From positions 1 to 45,880 of the IMG/VR virus record IMGVR_UViG_2870484749_000003: 45,880 nucleotides of DNA. One strand, 5' to 3'. A program made the position numbers and the translations under genes. The stretch is from a virus. Taxonomy: Duplodnaviria; Heunggongvirae; Uroviricota; Caudoviricetes. The notes under the pieces were generated by a model, which searched no databases, was not told the DNA's origin, and was given only the letters and a program-made list of their open reading frames with translations. Numbering within the stretch: position 1 is the stretch's first letter; every line of letters begins with the position of its first letter. Below, piece after piece: positions 1 through 8,586 of the stretch.

Positions 1-708
1 ATGTGGGTCAATAAGTATATTGACGATTGCACTGATGAGGATTTAAACGATCGTGACTTTATTGCATCAGTTGTTGACCGGGCTATTTTTCATTTCGCGA
101 TTAATAGTATATGTAATCCTGGGGATAATAAAGATGCAATGCCCATTGAACAATGTACTTTTGATGTAGAAACTAAGAATGACCTTCCCTCCACGGTTCA
201 GCTATTTTATGAGGAATCTAAGGATAATGAACCTTTAGCGAATATACATTTTCAAGCAATAGGTTCTGGTTTTTTAACGTTTGTTAATGCCTGCCAGGAA
301 CATGATGACAACAGCTTAAAATTATTTGCTTCGCTGTTAATTTCACTTTCATATTCTAGTGCCTACGCAGATTTATCAGAAACAGTGTATATTAATGAAA
401 ATAATGAGAGCTACCTGAAAGCTCAGTTTGAAAAATTATCTCAACGTGATATGAAGAAGTACCTGGGAGAGATGAAGCGTCTGGCTGATGGGGGAGAAAT
501 GAATTTTGATGGCTATCTGGATAAGATGTCACATCTGGTGAATGAAGGAACGCTCGATCCTGATATTTTAAGCAAAATGCGAGATGCTGCACCACAATTA
601 ATTAGCTTCGCGAAGTCGTTTGACCCAACCTCAAAGGAAGAGATTAAAATACTTACAGACACTTCTAAATTAATTTATGATTTGTTCGGGGTTAAATCGG
701 AGAAATAA
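1..708 (+). CDS. hypothetical protein in host flank upstream of dusA (235 aa); position and length are consistent with E. coli yjbM but sequence identity not verified
   Basis: Complete ORF starting at window position 1, AT-rich, lies outside the prophage left junction; no recognisable motif. Confidence 0.5.
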   Translation: MWVNKYIDDCTDEDLNDRDFIASVVDRAIFHFAINSICNPGDNKDAMPIEQCTFDVETKNDLPSTVQLFYEESKDNEPLANIHFQAIGSGFLTFVNACQEHDDNSLKLFASLLISLSYSSAYADLSETVYINENNESYLKAQFEKLSQRDMKKYLGEMKRLADGGEMNFDGYLDKMSHLVNEGTLDPDILSKMRDAAPQLISFAKSFDPTSKEEIKILTDTSKLIYDLFGVKSEK

Positions 709-1066
709 TATGTGAAGTTCTTCGATAGTATGGAAGGCATTATATAAAAGGACCCAATATTTATTGGGTTCTTTTTTCTCTATCAATGCTATTAGCAGGG
801 AGATATATCACCAGAGTTTAATGTGTGATTTTTTATTTATCGTCGAACCTGGATTGTTTATCATTGGCCTTAACAAAGTTAACGGCTAATAAGATTATTT
901 CCATCACTTCGTGAGAGCTTCATGCCTTGAGAGGATCTCAATTTTCTTTTGCAATGAGACAGGCGCTTCCTGTTGTTATGGTATAGTACCCCGCTATTGA
1001 GCCTCCTGAATAGTGATGCTGAATAACATAACCCCATGATATATCGATAAAATAATCTCTACATTT

Positions 1067-1174
1067 GAAAATGCACGGTAATTCTGAAATGCAAAAAATC
1101 AACCAAACCAGCGCAATGCCTGAAAAAACTGACGTTCACTGGAGTGGTCGGTTTAGCGTTGCACCAATGCTCGA
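1067..1174. other. attL: native dusA 5' region, imperfectly homologous (~80% by eye) to attR at 44464-44570
   Basis: aaaatgcacggtaattctgaaatgcaaaaaatcaacc...atgctcga aligns with aaaatgcacgataatcatgaaacacaaaaaattaatc...atgctcga at the start of the intact dusA; similarity ends at atgctcga in both copies. Confidence 0.75.
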
Positions 1175-1193
1175 TAGGATGTACCGTTGTTGA
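1071..1193 (+). pseudogene. displaced native dusA 5' fragment (35 dusA-like codons, then 5 codons of prophage-end sequence and a stop)
   Basis: Translates MHGNSEMQKINQTSAMPEKTDVHWSGRFSVAPMLD then RMYRC*, paralleling the N-terminus of the intact DusA at 44467 ([38 protein letters not shown]...). Confidence 0.7.
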
Positions 1194-1318
1194 AAAACAA
1201 GTAGTTATACACTCTGTGGGAGCCTATTGGGAACCCGGCGTTTTCATTTCAAGGTGTAATCCATACGCGGCTTAAGAATGAGATATAATGCGACTTTTAG
1301 TGTTCCGCTTGAGAGGCC

Positions 1319-1855
1319 ATGATGCTTACCCTGGACGAGATAGGTCAATCAGTACGTAACAATATCCAGTTGATTATTGATCATGTCGGCTTACCTCTTG
1401 CTGTTGGTCCGCTCAGTGATGATGATTACAAGATTCTGTGTGGTGGCTATGGTGAGCTTGAATGGGACTATGCGTTAAGTACCTATGGCAACTCCAGAGA
1501 AAAGTATGAGTTCTGCATAAAACTTGTTCAGCAAGGTCGGGTTCAGGGAATACCATCAGGAGCAGCAATTTGTGTTTATGGGGTTGAAGAAAACATCTTT
1601 CGTATCCATATGATCGAAAGGTTTTCTAGAGAAGATGAATCTCACCCATTGAAAGGGCGCATGGTTTTACTCACTCTTATGAGTGCTTTTATATTTTGTA
1701 AAGCTGTTGAATGTAAAGTTGTCCACATTGTAGAGCCAGTACCAGAACTGGTGCAGTATTACGAGTCTTTTGGTTTCCGCATGGAACAGTGCGGTTATGT
1801 GATGTCGGCAGTCATTGATGAGCTGCAGGATATCTTTCTTAAATTTGCTCAGTAG
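1319..1855 (+). CDS. hypothetical cargo protein, possibly GNAT-fold acetyltransferase-like
   Basis: 178 aa ORF with RBS gagagg before ATG; C-terminal YYESFGF resembles GNAT motif B; first gene inside attL, opposite orientation to the early-left operon. Confidence 0.5.
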   Translation: MMLTLDEIGQSVRNNIQLIIDHVGLPLAVGPLSDDDYKILCGGYGELEWDYALSTYGNSREKYEFCIKLVQQGRVQGIPSGAAICVYGVEENIFRIHMIERFSREDESHPLKGRMVLLTLMSAFIFCKAVECKVVHIVEPVPELVQYYESFGFRMEQCGYVMSAVIDELQDIFLKFAQ

Positions 1856-2051
1856 GTATAGACGAGAAGGGTCTACAAATTGTAGGATACCCGTCCAGAT
1901 TACCTTAAAGGTACATCTATGGCAGTCGTTTTGTGCTTAAACTACTAAGAAACGATGTCACCAATCGACATGATCGATTGGCATAAGTTAGCGAAACAAG
2001 CTAGCTTTAAAGAAAGGGTTAGAGACGCCTTTACTGTCTCGGGAGTTTTCT

Positions 2052-2225
2052 ATGAAAGATCAAAAAGCAACCAAGCCACAGGTTAAGTTCGACACAATGA
2101 AAGCATTCGCAGGTATGGGTGCTGCTGTTGAAGTTCTGATGAAGGCTGCTCCTAATGCGTTCACTCACGCTACTGTCTCTGGTAAAGAGCAGCAGGGTAA
2201 GCTTCGTCGTCGCAAAGCAGCATGA
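2052..2225 (+). CDS. small hypothetical protein (57 aa)
   Basis: ATG preceded by gggag RBS at 2041-2045 and followed by an intrinsic terminator; below the 60 aa cutoff of the ORF track. Confidence 0.4.
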   Translation: MKDQKATKPQVKFDTMKAFAGMGAAVEVLMKAAPNAFTHATVSGKEQQGKLRRRKAA

Positions 2226-2244
2226 TCATAGCTGGTGCTTTTTG

Positions 2245-2273
2245 AAAACCCGCCTTCAGGCGGGTTTTTTCTT
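2245..2273 (+). terminator. rho-independent terminator
   Basis: cccgcc-ttca-ggcggg hairpin followed by a T-run (tttttt ctt). Confidence 0.6.
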
Positions 2274-2554
2274 TAGTGATGTTCTTTGTCCTTCTGTTTG
2301 ACTGTTCTGACCTGTTCCCACTCGATACGTCCTTCTTCTCGCCTTTTGTCTATGTATTCCGCAAGATCCTGAATATTGATGCAACGTTTTGCTTTTTGTG
2401 ATGTGCCGATGCGATATGTTGGAACGGGCAACTTACAAGCGTTTGCTTTTGCTTCTGCCGTGGCTGGACTCATACCAAAGTACTTTTGGCTAACTGCTGA
2501 GAGTTCAATGTTTGGGGTATTGAATTCAGCCATCAGTAAAAACAAGGTGTTCAT
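2273..2554 (-). CDS. PrtN-family (pyocin activator-like) DNA-binding protein; start chosen at the MNTLFLLMAEF methionine
   Basis: MNTLFLLMAEFNTPNIELSAVSQKYFGMSPATAEAKANACKLPVPTYRIG matches the PrtN-like family by recollection; GGAG RBS upstream of the internal ATG. Confidence 0.65.
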   Translation of the reverse strand: MNTLFLLMAEFNTPNIELSAVSQKYFGMSPATAEAKANACKLPVPTYRIGTSQKAKRCINIQDLAEYIDKRREEGRIEWEQVRTVKQKDKEHH

Positions 2555-2590
2555 AATTTTCTCCATCAAAACCGGCTGCACCCGGGAAAA

Positions 2591-3163
2591 TTATAATTCT
2601 GTGCTGGTGGCAGGAATTAATTTCTGCCAGATAGCGGAAACATATTTTGCCTGATGACGGGCATCGGCCAGGGCGTTGTGCCGTTCGCCATCGAAAGGCA
2701 TGTCCATTTTGGGGTCGAATCCGATGGAACGCCCAAGCGTAACGATCGTGCGTACATCGTGGTCATTCCAGTATGCCCACGGGCAGATTTGTCCTGCTCG
2801 CTCATAAGCTCCACGTAAAATTACGTTGTCGAAGGTGGCCCCGTTACCCCAGACTTTTAAATATTTTGTATTGTCTGCATGCTGATTAATGAAATGGCTC
2901 AGTTCAGAGAGTGCATCGCTGATCGACAAAGTATCATCAATACAGATTGCAGCTCGTGCTTCAGGGCTTTGTTTCAACCACCACAGGATGGTATCGCCGT
3001 CAGGTGTAGCTCCTTGCCCCATAGCACTTTCCAGGCTAACAACCGTATAGAATTCTTGTCCGATGTCTCCGGTTTCTGGAGTGAAGAACACCGCGCCAAT
3101 GGAAACGATCGGTGCATCCTTATTTTTCCCCATCGTCTCAAGGTCGATCATTAAGTTGTTCAT
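2591..3163 (-). CDS. DnaQ-like 3'-5' exonuclease
   Basis: Starts MNNLMIDLETMG (Asp/Glu exonuclease motif I); start ATG overlaps the upstream stop (TAATG). Confidence 0.7.
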   Translation of the reverse strand: MNNLMIDLETMGKNKDAPIVSIGAVFFTPETGDIGQEFYTVVSLESAMGQGATPDGDTILWWLKQSPEARAAICIDDTLSISDALSELSHFINQHADNTKYLKVWGNGATFDNVILRGAYERAGQICPWAYWNDHDVRTIVTLGRSIGFDPKMDMPFDGERHNALADARHQAKYVSAIWQKLIPATSTEL

Positions 3164-3957
3164 TACTTCACCTCCTGCGGCGGTTCTGGTAGCGGCATCC
3201 AATTGATTACATCGCATTCAGGGATGCTGATATCATCACCAAGCCACCCTTGACCTTCAGACCAGCATTGCACGTAATACCCGTATTCTGTGTTCACTAC
3301 GCACCACTGCGCGTCGTTCGGCATTCGCTCACTACAGCTTATCCAACCATCCGGAGTTACCGGAGAGTTGCGCATTGCGACCTTTAATGCCTCATAGAAG
3401 CAACCTTTCAGATTGTTGAACTGACGCCCATTAAGAGGACCGTGTTCAGTAAGCATGTTGCGTAATTTCCATGCCGCGTCGTTTACTTCGTTGGATGACA
3501 GGGGAGGCAACTTGTAAGTTTGGCTTACAGGTTCGGCACCATGAAGCATGGCGCCGCTCCGCTCTATGCCATCCAGCGCGATTCGCAGTGCCTGAATTGT
3601 GGTAGAGCTATCGTTTGGGGCTATTCCATATCGCTCGAATACAGCTAAATGGTTGCGCATAATCTCAGGCGTAAGCTCTTTGTAAGCATAAGCAAGAGGC
3701 TCTGATGCATTATCCGGCACAACCGACGCAGGCGCGGCAGCATAAACAGGAATAACGTCCGATTGATCTTTATTGCTTTCATCCGTCAAAGCCCAGAATA
3801 ATTTTCCGGCCGGATGTTTGAAAATATAAGCAACTGGCTCTGCTTCCAGTGATGCCAGTGCAATTCGTGCCAGTTCCATTTGTTCGCCACGGGTAAGCCC
3901 GTTTTCAAGCGGGGATTTAATGAACAATTCGATACGTTCTTTAGTGATAGTGCTCAT
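3163..3957 (-). CDS. phage protein with C-terminal DUF551-like domain
   Basis: C-terminal WCVVNTEYGYYVQCWSEGQGWLGDD...INWMPLPEPP is typical of DUF551 prophage proteins; start taken at MSTITKERIEL. Confidence 0.55.
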   Translation of the reverse strand: MSTITKERIELFIKSPLENGLTRGEQMELARIALASLEAEPVAYIFKHPAGKLFWALTDESNKDQSDVIPVYAAAPASVVPDNASEPLAYAYKELTPEIMRNHLAVFERYGIAPNDSSTTIQALRIALDGIERSGAMLHGAEPVSQTYKLPPLSSNEVNDAAWKLRNMLTEHGPLNGRQFNNLKGCFYEALKVAMRNSPVTPDGWISCSERMPNDAQWCVVNTEYGYYVQCWSEGQGWLGDDISIPECDVINWMPLPEPPQEVK

Positions 3958-3958
3958 A

Positions 3959-4645
3959 TCACTCTCCTTTGATGCGAATGCCAGCGGCGCGGGAATCATT
4001 CCATCGCTTTACTTCTTCACGAATTACGTCAATGCATTCTTTCGAATCCATTAGGTAATCTTCATCAAAAAGCCTTTCCTGTTCGTTTTCTATCGCAACA
4101 ATGATTGCTTCAACTAACTTTTGTGCCTGAGAACCACTTTCTAACTCTGCAATGCGCTTCTCTGCGGCTTCCAGCTTCTCGCGCATATCGTCAACGTACT
4201 CGACCAGAGATCCGCCAGCAGGAATTTCGCACTCCTCGACCAGTTGGAAGTAGATATCAGCTGCGGCCCGTGTGTTGCTATGCCTAGCGTCGCCCATCTC
4301 ACCTTCACGAAGAGCATCGCGTTCGGCGGTAAGATTGGCTATTTTGCTGTCTTTGCCTTCCAGCTCAACGCGCAGCTTCCCAACAGTAAGAGCAATATCC
4401 TCGTTCTCCTGGTCGCGGCTTTTGATGTATTGCTGGTTTCTTTCCCGTTCATCCAGAAGCGCCAGCACGGTTTCTGGTCCGGCCAGAAATTTGAAGGCGT
4501 TGAGCGCATCAATATCCACACCGTAATCTTTAAGTTCTTGTTCACTTAACAAATCATCATCAGCTGGCAACATTAACAGGCGTTCCATTGCTGGAATTGC
4601 ACGCTCTGCCTTTTCACGCAGTGCCTGATAGTTAATTTTGCTCAC
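3959..4645 (-). CDS. Ea22-like coiled-coil early protein
   Basis: Acidic, coiled-coil rich 228 aa protein in the early-left operon; family assignment from recollection only. Confidence 0.5.
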   Translation of the reverse strand: MSKINYQALREKAERAIPAMERLLMLPADDDLLSEQELKDYGVDIDALNAFKFLAGPETVLALLDERERNQQYIKSRDQENEDIALTVGKLRVELEGKDSKIANLTAERDALREGEMGDARHSNTRAAADIYFQLVEECEIPAGGSLVEYVDDMREKLEAAEKRIAELESGSQAQKLVEAIIVAIENEQERLFDEDYLMDSKECIDVIREEVKRWNDSRAAGIRIKGE

Positions 4646-5117
4646 TGGTCGCCTCCTTCATAAAAATAATCCAGTGGGTCTTGTCACCCTTTCCTGTTCG
4701 TTGACCGATAACAGGCTTTCTGTCGGTCAGTGCCAATATCTGGCGAACAGGTATTTGCGTTTCATTCCATTTAAAAATCAGAACGCCGTATGGACGCAAC
4801 ACACGAAAGGCTTCTTTAAATCCCTGCCGCAAATCATCACGCCAGGTATCTTTATTCAGCCGTCCATATTTCTTTCCCATCCAGGCGTTATCACCAACAC
4901 GCTCAAGATGCGGAGGGTCGAATACAACAACCGGAAACGATGCGTCTGCAAATGGTAATGCACGAAAATCTGCTATCAGGTCAGGGCTAATTATCAGCCG
5001 TCGCCCATCACACAATGTGTGCTCTTCCTTTCTGATATCGCCAAATATCGCCCGGTCGTCCTTCTTATCGAACCAGAACATGCGACTGCCACAGCACATG
5101 TCGAGGATTGACTGCAT
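4632..5117 (-). CDS. putative SAM-dependent methyltransferase (small, phage-type)
   Basis: DMCCGSRMF (motif I-like) and FDPPH (motif IV-like) in a 161 aa protein. Confidence 0.55.
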   Translation of the reverse strand: MQSILDMCCGSRMFWFDKKDDRAIFGDIRKEEHTLCDGRRLIISPDLIADFRALPFADASFPVVVFDPPHLERVGDNAWMGKKYGRLNKDTWRDDLRQGFKEAFRVLRPYGVLIFKWNETQIPVRQILALTDRKPVIGQRTGKGDKTHWIIFMKEATSEQN

Positions 5118-5123
5118 GTCCAG

Positions 5124-5603
5124 TCACTGGTTGCCTCCTTTGCGAAGCTCAGCGGCGAAGGCTACTGCGTGATCATGATGTTCAAGTGTGTATGCACACT
5201 CCGCAAACATCTCCACGCCCTGCGCCCGCACTTCCGCCAGGAAAGCGTCGGTAGCTGGCGTTTCGCTGTGGTGCAGGGCATCATTAATAATCATCGCAGC
5301 AACTCCGGCCTGCCCTGCATCCGTGACCGACACATGCTCAAGAGTTACAGCCATTGCATGTTTCAGCCCCGCATTCTCCGCCGCCAGCGCCGAAAACTTC
5401 TCGTGTGCCAACTTAACAGCCGCATCAGCCTGCTTAATTGACTCAATCGCTTTCTGTTGGTCTTCGGCCAGCGCCGCGCACTTGGCCTCAGCTTCAGCAA
5501 ATTTACGCACCAGGTACTCAGCGTTTGTTTCGTTCACTTTCAGATCTCGCGGTACACATTTTCCGCGAAGAAACCCTTCCATTTCGAAAACATTCATGCG
5601 CAT
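5124..5603 (-). CDS. hypothetical phage protein
   Basis: 159 aa ORF in operon context; no recognisable motif. Confidence 0.5.
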   Translation of the reverse strand: MRMNVFEMEGFLRGKCVPRDLKVNETNAEYLVRKFAEAEAKCAALAEDQQKAIESIKQADAAVKLAHEKFSALAAENAGLKHAMAVTLEHVSVTDAGQAGVAAMIINDALHHSETPATDAFLAEVRAQGVEMFAECAYTLEHHDHAVAFAAELRKGGNQ

Positions 5604-6130
5604 TTGCGTAACCCCGATAACTCGTTAAAACGTTCCATAAACATCCCGTAGGCATGGCCTGGTGACAGTGGAATAACTTTGAACATCTCTGTCGCCGGGA
5701 TACCTTCCAGTACAGGCCAGAAAGAACCATCATCAAGCCCGAGATCGCTGCGTTCGGTTGCCAGCATAATGAGATCGGCATATTTCACTGGCGTGCTCAT
5801 AACAGGAGGTAACCCGTATTTCTCACGGATTACGGCGTCTATTTTTTCTTCCATCCGTTTATAGTCAGGAAGAAGTCGTTTCAGTGGTGCGGGGATGTCC
5901 TGGCAATATGCTTCTGTTGCATCATGCATTAAAGCTTCAAAAGCAAATTCCTGTGGCACCAGCTGGCTGCAAAGCACCGCATGTTGGGCGACACTGTAGA
6001 AGTGTGAAAGATGTCCTGCAAAGCGACAGATATTTGAAAGGGAAATCGCGATATCGTTAATAACGATGTCGTCTTTATTTATCCTGTCATAATAAAAATG
6101 CTTCCCGGAAAAAGTTTTAATAAATGACAT
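5594..6130 (-). CDS. HD-domain phosphohydrolase (YfdR-like 5'-deoxynucleotidase family)
   Basis: HD-type motifs (VAQHAV, ALMHDATEAY); start taken at MSFIKTF with a GGAG RBS. Confidence 0.65.
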   Translation of the reverse strand: MSFIKTFSGKHFYYDRINKDDIVINDIAISLSNICRFAGHLSHFYSVAQHAVLCSQLVPQEFAFEALMHDATEAYCQDIPAPLKRLLPDYKRMEEKIDAVIREKYGLPPVMSTPVKYADLIMLATERSDLGLDDGSFWPVLEGIPATEMFKVIPLSPGHAYGMFMERFNELSGLRKCA

Positions 6131-6254
6131 TTTGTTCTCCACGTATATGCGCTGCACCGCGCTGAATTCGGGTAAAAGGAAGCCCTCACCGTCCGGCGAT
6201 TATTGAGTCAATTACATTTCCATAAATGCCCCCGTAGGGGCGGTTAGTTTCTCC

Positions 6255-6358
6255 ACAAAACAGAGAAGAACACCTGCGGTGGCAGCCGCCCGGATGGATT
6301 GGATTATGAGCCCGTCGTCCGGTGATGCCCTTCTCTGTTTTGTAAAAAGAGCGGTACC
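6255..6358 (-). promoter_or_regulatory. candidate nut/put-like RNA element: boxA-like CGCTCTTTTTACAA followed by a large hairpin closed by a perfect 14-bp inverted repeat
   Basis: On the minus strand, GCTCTTTTTACAA resembles boxA (GCTCTTTAACAA); arms acaaaacagagaag (6255-6268) and cttctctgttttgt (6330-6343) enclose 61 nt; lies in the ORF-free leader of the early-left operon. Confidence 0.3.
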
Positions 6359-6542
6359 AGCCGGAAGCAAGTGTACAAACTGGTACCGCCAAAGCAGTGG
6401 CTGTTGTGGTGACCGGTGCTGATCTCCGGCTTGCGGTTATTTCAGACTCTCACGGGCGTTTAATTGCCCCGCCGAACAGCTCTTTTCCGCAATAGCTGCA
6501 ATGTCTTTCGCGCATCAGCCTGCGCATTCACCACAACGCTGA

Positions 6543-6651
6543 GAGCATTGCCGGTGTCCGAATCGAACGGACCTTTTCCCTGCCCAACCCTCCCATCTGA
6601 ATGGGACTGTCTGGAATTGAACCAGCACTTATGCCTTGCTCGTCAATGCTC
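6543..6651 (-). ncRNA. candidate structured RNA (~109 nt) closed by an 8-bp stem, with three internal hairpins, two carrying tRNA T-loop-like sequences
   Basis: Closing stem gagcattg/caatgctc; minus-strand hairpins CUGG-UUCAAUU-CCAG, CCCAU-UCAG-AUGGG and GUCCG-UUCGAUU-CGGAC; no canonical cloverleaf could be drawn. Confidence 0.25.
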
Positions 6652-6891
6652 TCATCGTTGCGTCCTGGTCTCTTCCCAAGCGTCAAACCGAATCGCCACG
6701 CTGGTTAGGCGTCTTATCAGCATCCTCATTGACTTGCACATTCCGGCTACCTGGTTTGTTTGCCCGAGCAAGGAGTGGATTATCCCCTTTAACGTCCCCA
6801 GACCGCTAACGACGCATGTGCCATACGCCGTGTTACAACCAAATTTTGTTAGTACCTTGTTTGTTTGTCTGGAAAGAAAGATAAAATGAAG

Positions 6892-6930
6892 TTGCGCATT
6901 ATGCAAGTGTTTTTGTTGCGAGATATGCAA
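6892..6930. promoter_or_regulatory. candidate left operator sites
   Basis: TTGCGCATTATGCAA (6892-6906) and TTGCGAGATATGCAA (6916-6930) share the architecture of TTGCGCGTTAAGCAA at the cI/cro intergenic region. Confidence 0.45.
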
Positions 6931-6937
6931 TTTAAAG

Positions 6938-6966
6938 GGTAATGAAAAGCCACCTTTGGGTGGCTA
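6938..6966 (-). terminator. rho-independent terminator downstream of the cI-like gene
   Basis: agccacc-tttg-ggtggct hairpin followed on the minus strand by tttcatt. Confidence 0.55.
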
Positions 6967-6985
6967 ATTGATGAGGAGGTAAGGG

Positions 6986-7678
6986 TTAATTGTGTCGCTT
7001 AAGGGTTTGTGACTGGCTGATTAAGACCTTTCCAAAGACCATAAACCGGTGTTCATTTTCGCTGGTAATTCCCCATTCACGGTAAATCTGGTTATCAGAA
7101 ATCACCAGTAGTTTGTCAGGTATCATTTGCAGTCGTTTGACATAAATTTTATCATCAAAACCAAATACATAGATACCATCTCCATCAAACTGATTGATAC
7201 TGACATCAACGAAGATGAGATCTCCTGGCTCAATGGTTGGACACATACTGTCCCCACGAACGTTGATAACTTTAATGTGATTGGCTGGCCGTCCGCCAAA
7301 CATCGATACAGCATTATCAGTTCTGTATTCAATGGCATGAATCACATCAATGACATCACCGCCCTGGATAAGGCCATTTCCCGCACTGGCACTGACATCC
7401 AGCATTTCAATACGGAATACATCCTTCACCTGCGCAACATCCTCACTAATACTGTTTTTACATACAGTATTACTTTTGACGTCTGAGGTAAAGAGATCAG
7501 CAATATCAACACCTAAGCTCCTGGCAATATTACTCAGGGCTTGTTCAGTGAATTGTTTCTGCTTACCTGTTTCCAGGCGTGAGATATTCGCCGCATCCAC
7601 TCCTATTGCTTCAGCGAGATCGGCGATTTTCATGTTCTTCGCCTGGCGAAGTTGTCTGACTCGGTTTCCTATGTTCAT
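6986..7678 (-). CDS. CI-like prophage repressor (HTH plus S24 LexA-like autopeptidase domain)
   Basis: N-terminal HTH (IADLAEAIGVDAANISRLETG); C-terminal GDSM serine and KR lysine motifs; possible Ala-Gly cleavage site in SASAGNG; divergent from the cro-like gene. Confidence 0.9.
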   Translation of the reverse strand: MNIGNRVRQLRQAKNMKIADLAEAIGVDAANISRLETGKQKQFTEQALSNIARSLGVDIADLFTSDVKSNTVCKNSISEDVAQVKDVFRIEMLDVSASAGNGLIQGGDVIDVIHAIEYRTDNAVSMFGGRPANHIKVINVRGDSMCPTIEPGDLIFVDVSINQFDGDGIYVFGFDDKIYVKRLQMIPDKLLVISDNQIYREWGITSENEHRFMVFGKVLISQSQTLKRHN

Positions 7679-7698
7679 GCGTTTATTACATTTCTTTA

Positions 7699-7770
7699 TT
7701 GCGCGTTAAGCAAATCAACTTGCGCAAAATATTTGCGTGAAATAATATGCTTATCACGCAATATGTGGAG
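7699..7770. promoter_or_regulatory. candidate right operators and divergent promoters
   Basis: TTGCGCGTTAAGCAA (7699-7713), TTGCGCAAAATATTTGCGTGAA and TCACGCAATATG between the repressor and cro-like starts. Confidence 0.5.
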
Positions 7771-7775
7771 GTTAT

Positions 7776-8036
7776 ATGCAATCACCATTACGGAATGTGC
7801 GTAAGGCGCACGGATTTACTTTGCAGCATGTTGCTGCTGGCGTTCAGGTCAATCCAGCGACGCTGAGTCGTATTGAAAGACTGGAACAAATTCCATCTAT
7901 CGATCTTGCAGAACGTCTGGCCAATTTTTTTAAGGGTGAAATCAGCGAAATGCAGATTCTTTATCCGGCACGTTTTCAATCTAGCCAAAACCAGAATGGG
8001 TTTAAACCACAGGAACAGGAGGTAAGCCGTGGGTAA
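7776..8036 (+). CDS. Cro-like HTH (XRE family) regulator
   Basis: 86 aa, HTH FTLQHVAAGVQVNPATLSRIE, divergent from the repressor. Confidence 0.8.
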   Translation: MQSPLRNVRKAHGFTLQHVAAGVQVNPATLSRIERLEQIPSIDLAERLANFFKGEISEMQILYPARFQSSQNQNGFKPQEQEVSRG

Positions 8037-8586
8037 TCATCACTGGAAAGTGGAAAAACAGCCTGAGTGGTACGTGAAAGCTGTCAGAAAAACTATCGCG
8101 GCGTTGCCGGGGGGTTACGCTGAAGCTGCTGAGTGGCTGGATGTAACAGAGAACGCATTATTTAACCGCCTTCGTGCCGATGGCGATCAGATTTTCCCGC
8201 TGGGATGGGCAATGATTTTACAACGTGCTGGTGGCACTCACTTCATTGCCGACGCTGTGGCGCAGTCTGCAAATGGCGTCTTTGTGTCTCTTCCTGACGT
8301 CGAGGATGTGGACAATGCCGATATTAACCAGCGTTTACTGGAAGTCATTGAACAGATCGGCAGTTATTCAAAACAGATTCGTTCGGCAATCGAAGACGGT
8401 GTAGTGGAACCGCATGAGAAGACAGCAATTAACGACGAGCTGTACCTCTCAATTTCGAAGCTGCAGGAGCATGCAGCACTTGTCTACAAAATTTTTTGCG
8501 TTTCAGAAAGTAATGACGCCCGCGAGTGTGCAGCTCCGGGCGTCGTGGCGTCGATTGCTTCTGGTTGTGGAGAAACTAACGCATGA
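8029..8586 (+). CDS. hypothetical early-right protein (possibly a CII-like regulator)
   Basis: 185 aa ORF overlapping the cro-like stop; product assignment is a guess from position. Confidence 0.5.
   Translation: MGNHHWKVEKQPEWYVKAVRKTIAALPGGYAEAAEWLDVTENALFNRLRADGDQIFPLGWAMILQRAGGTHFIADAVAQSANGVFVSLPDVEDVDNADINQRLLEVIEQIGSYSKQIRSAIEDGVVEPHEKTAINDELYLSISKLQEHAALVYKIFCVSESNDARECAAPGVVASIASGCGETNA

Noticed and set aside
6543-6651. Canonical tRNA gene
   Set aside because: T-arm-like hairpins are present but no standard D-arm or 7-nt anticodon loop could be drawn, and there is no encoded CCA; kept only as a tRNA-like structured element.
6186-6889. Track ORFs of 68, 141 and 92 aa in the early-left leader; possible N-like antiterminator gene
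   Set aside because: Implausible composition, no RBS, one starts inside the operator sites; the only arginine-rich candidate is about 29 aa, too short for an N-like protein. Region treated as non-coding.
6160-6985. Retron (msr/msd) or CRISPR array as an explanation for the structured non-coding region
   Set aside because: No reverse transcriptase gene nearby and no regularly spaced direct repeats anywhere in the window.
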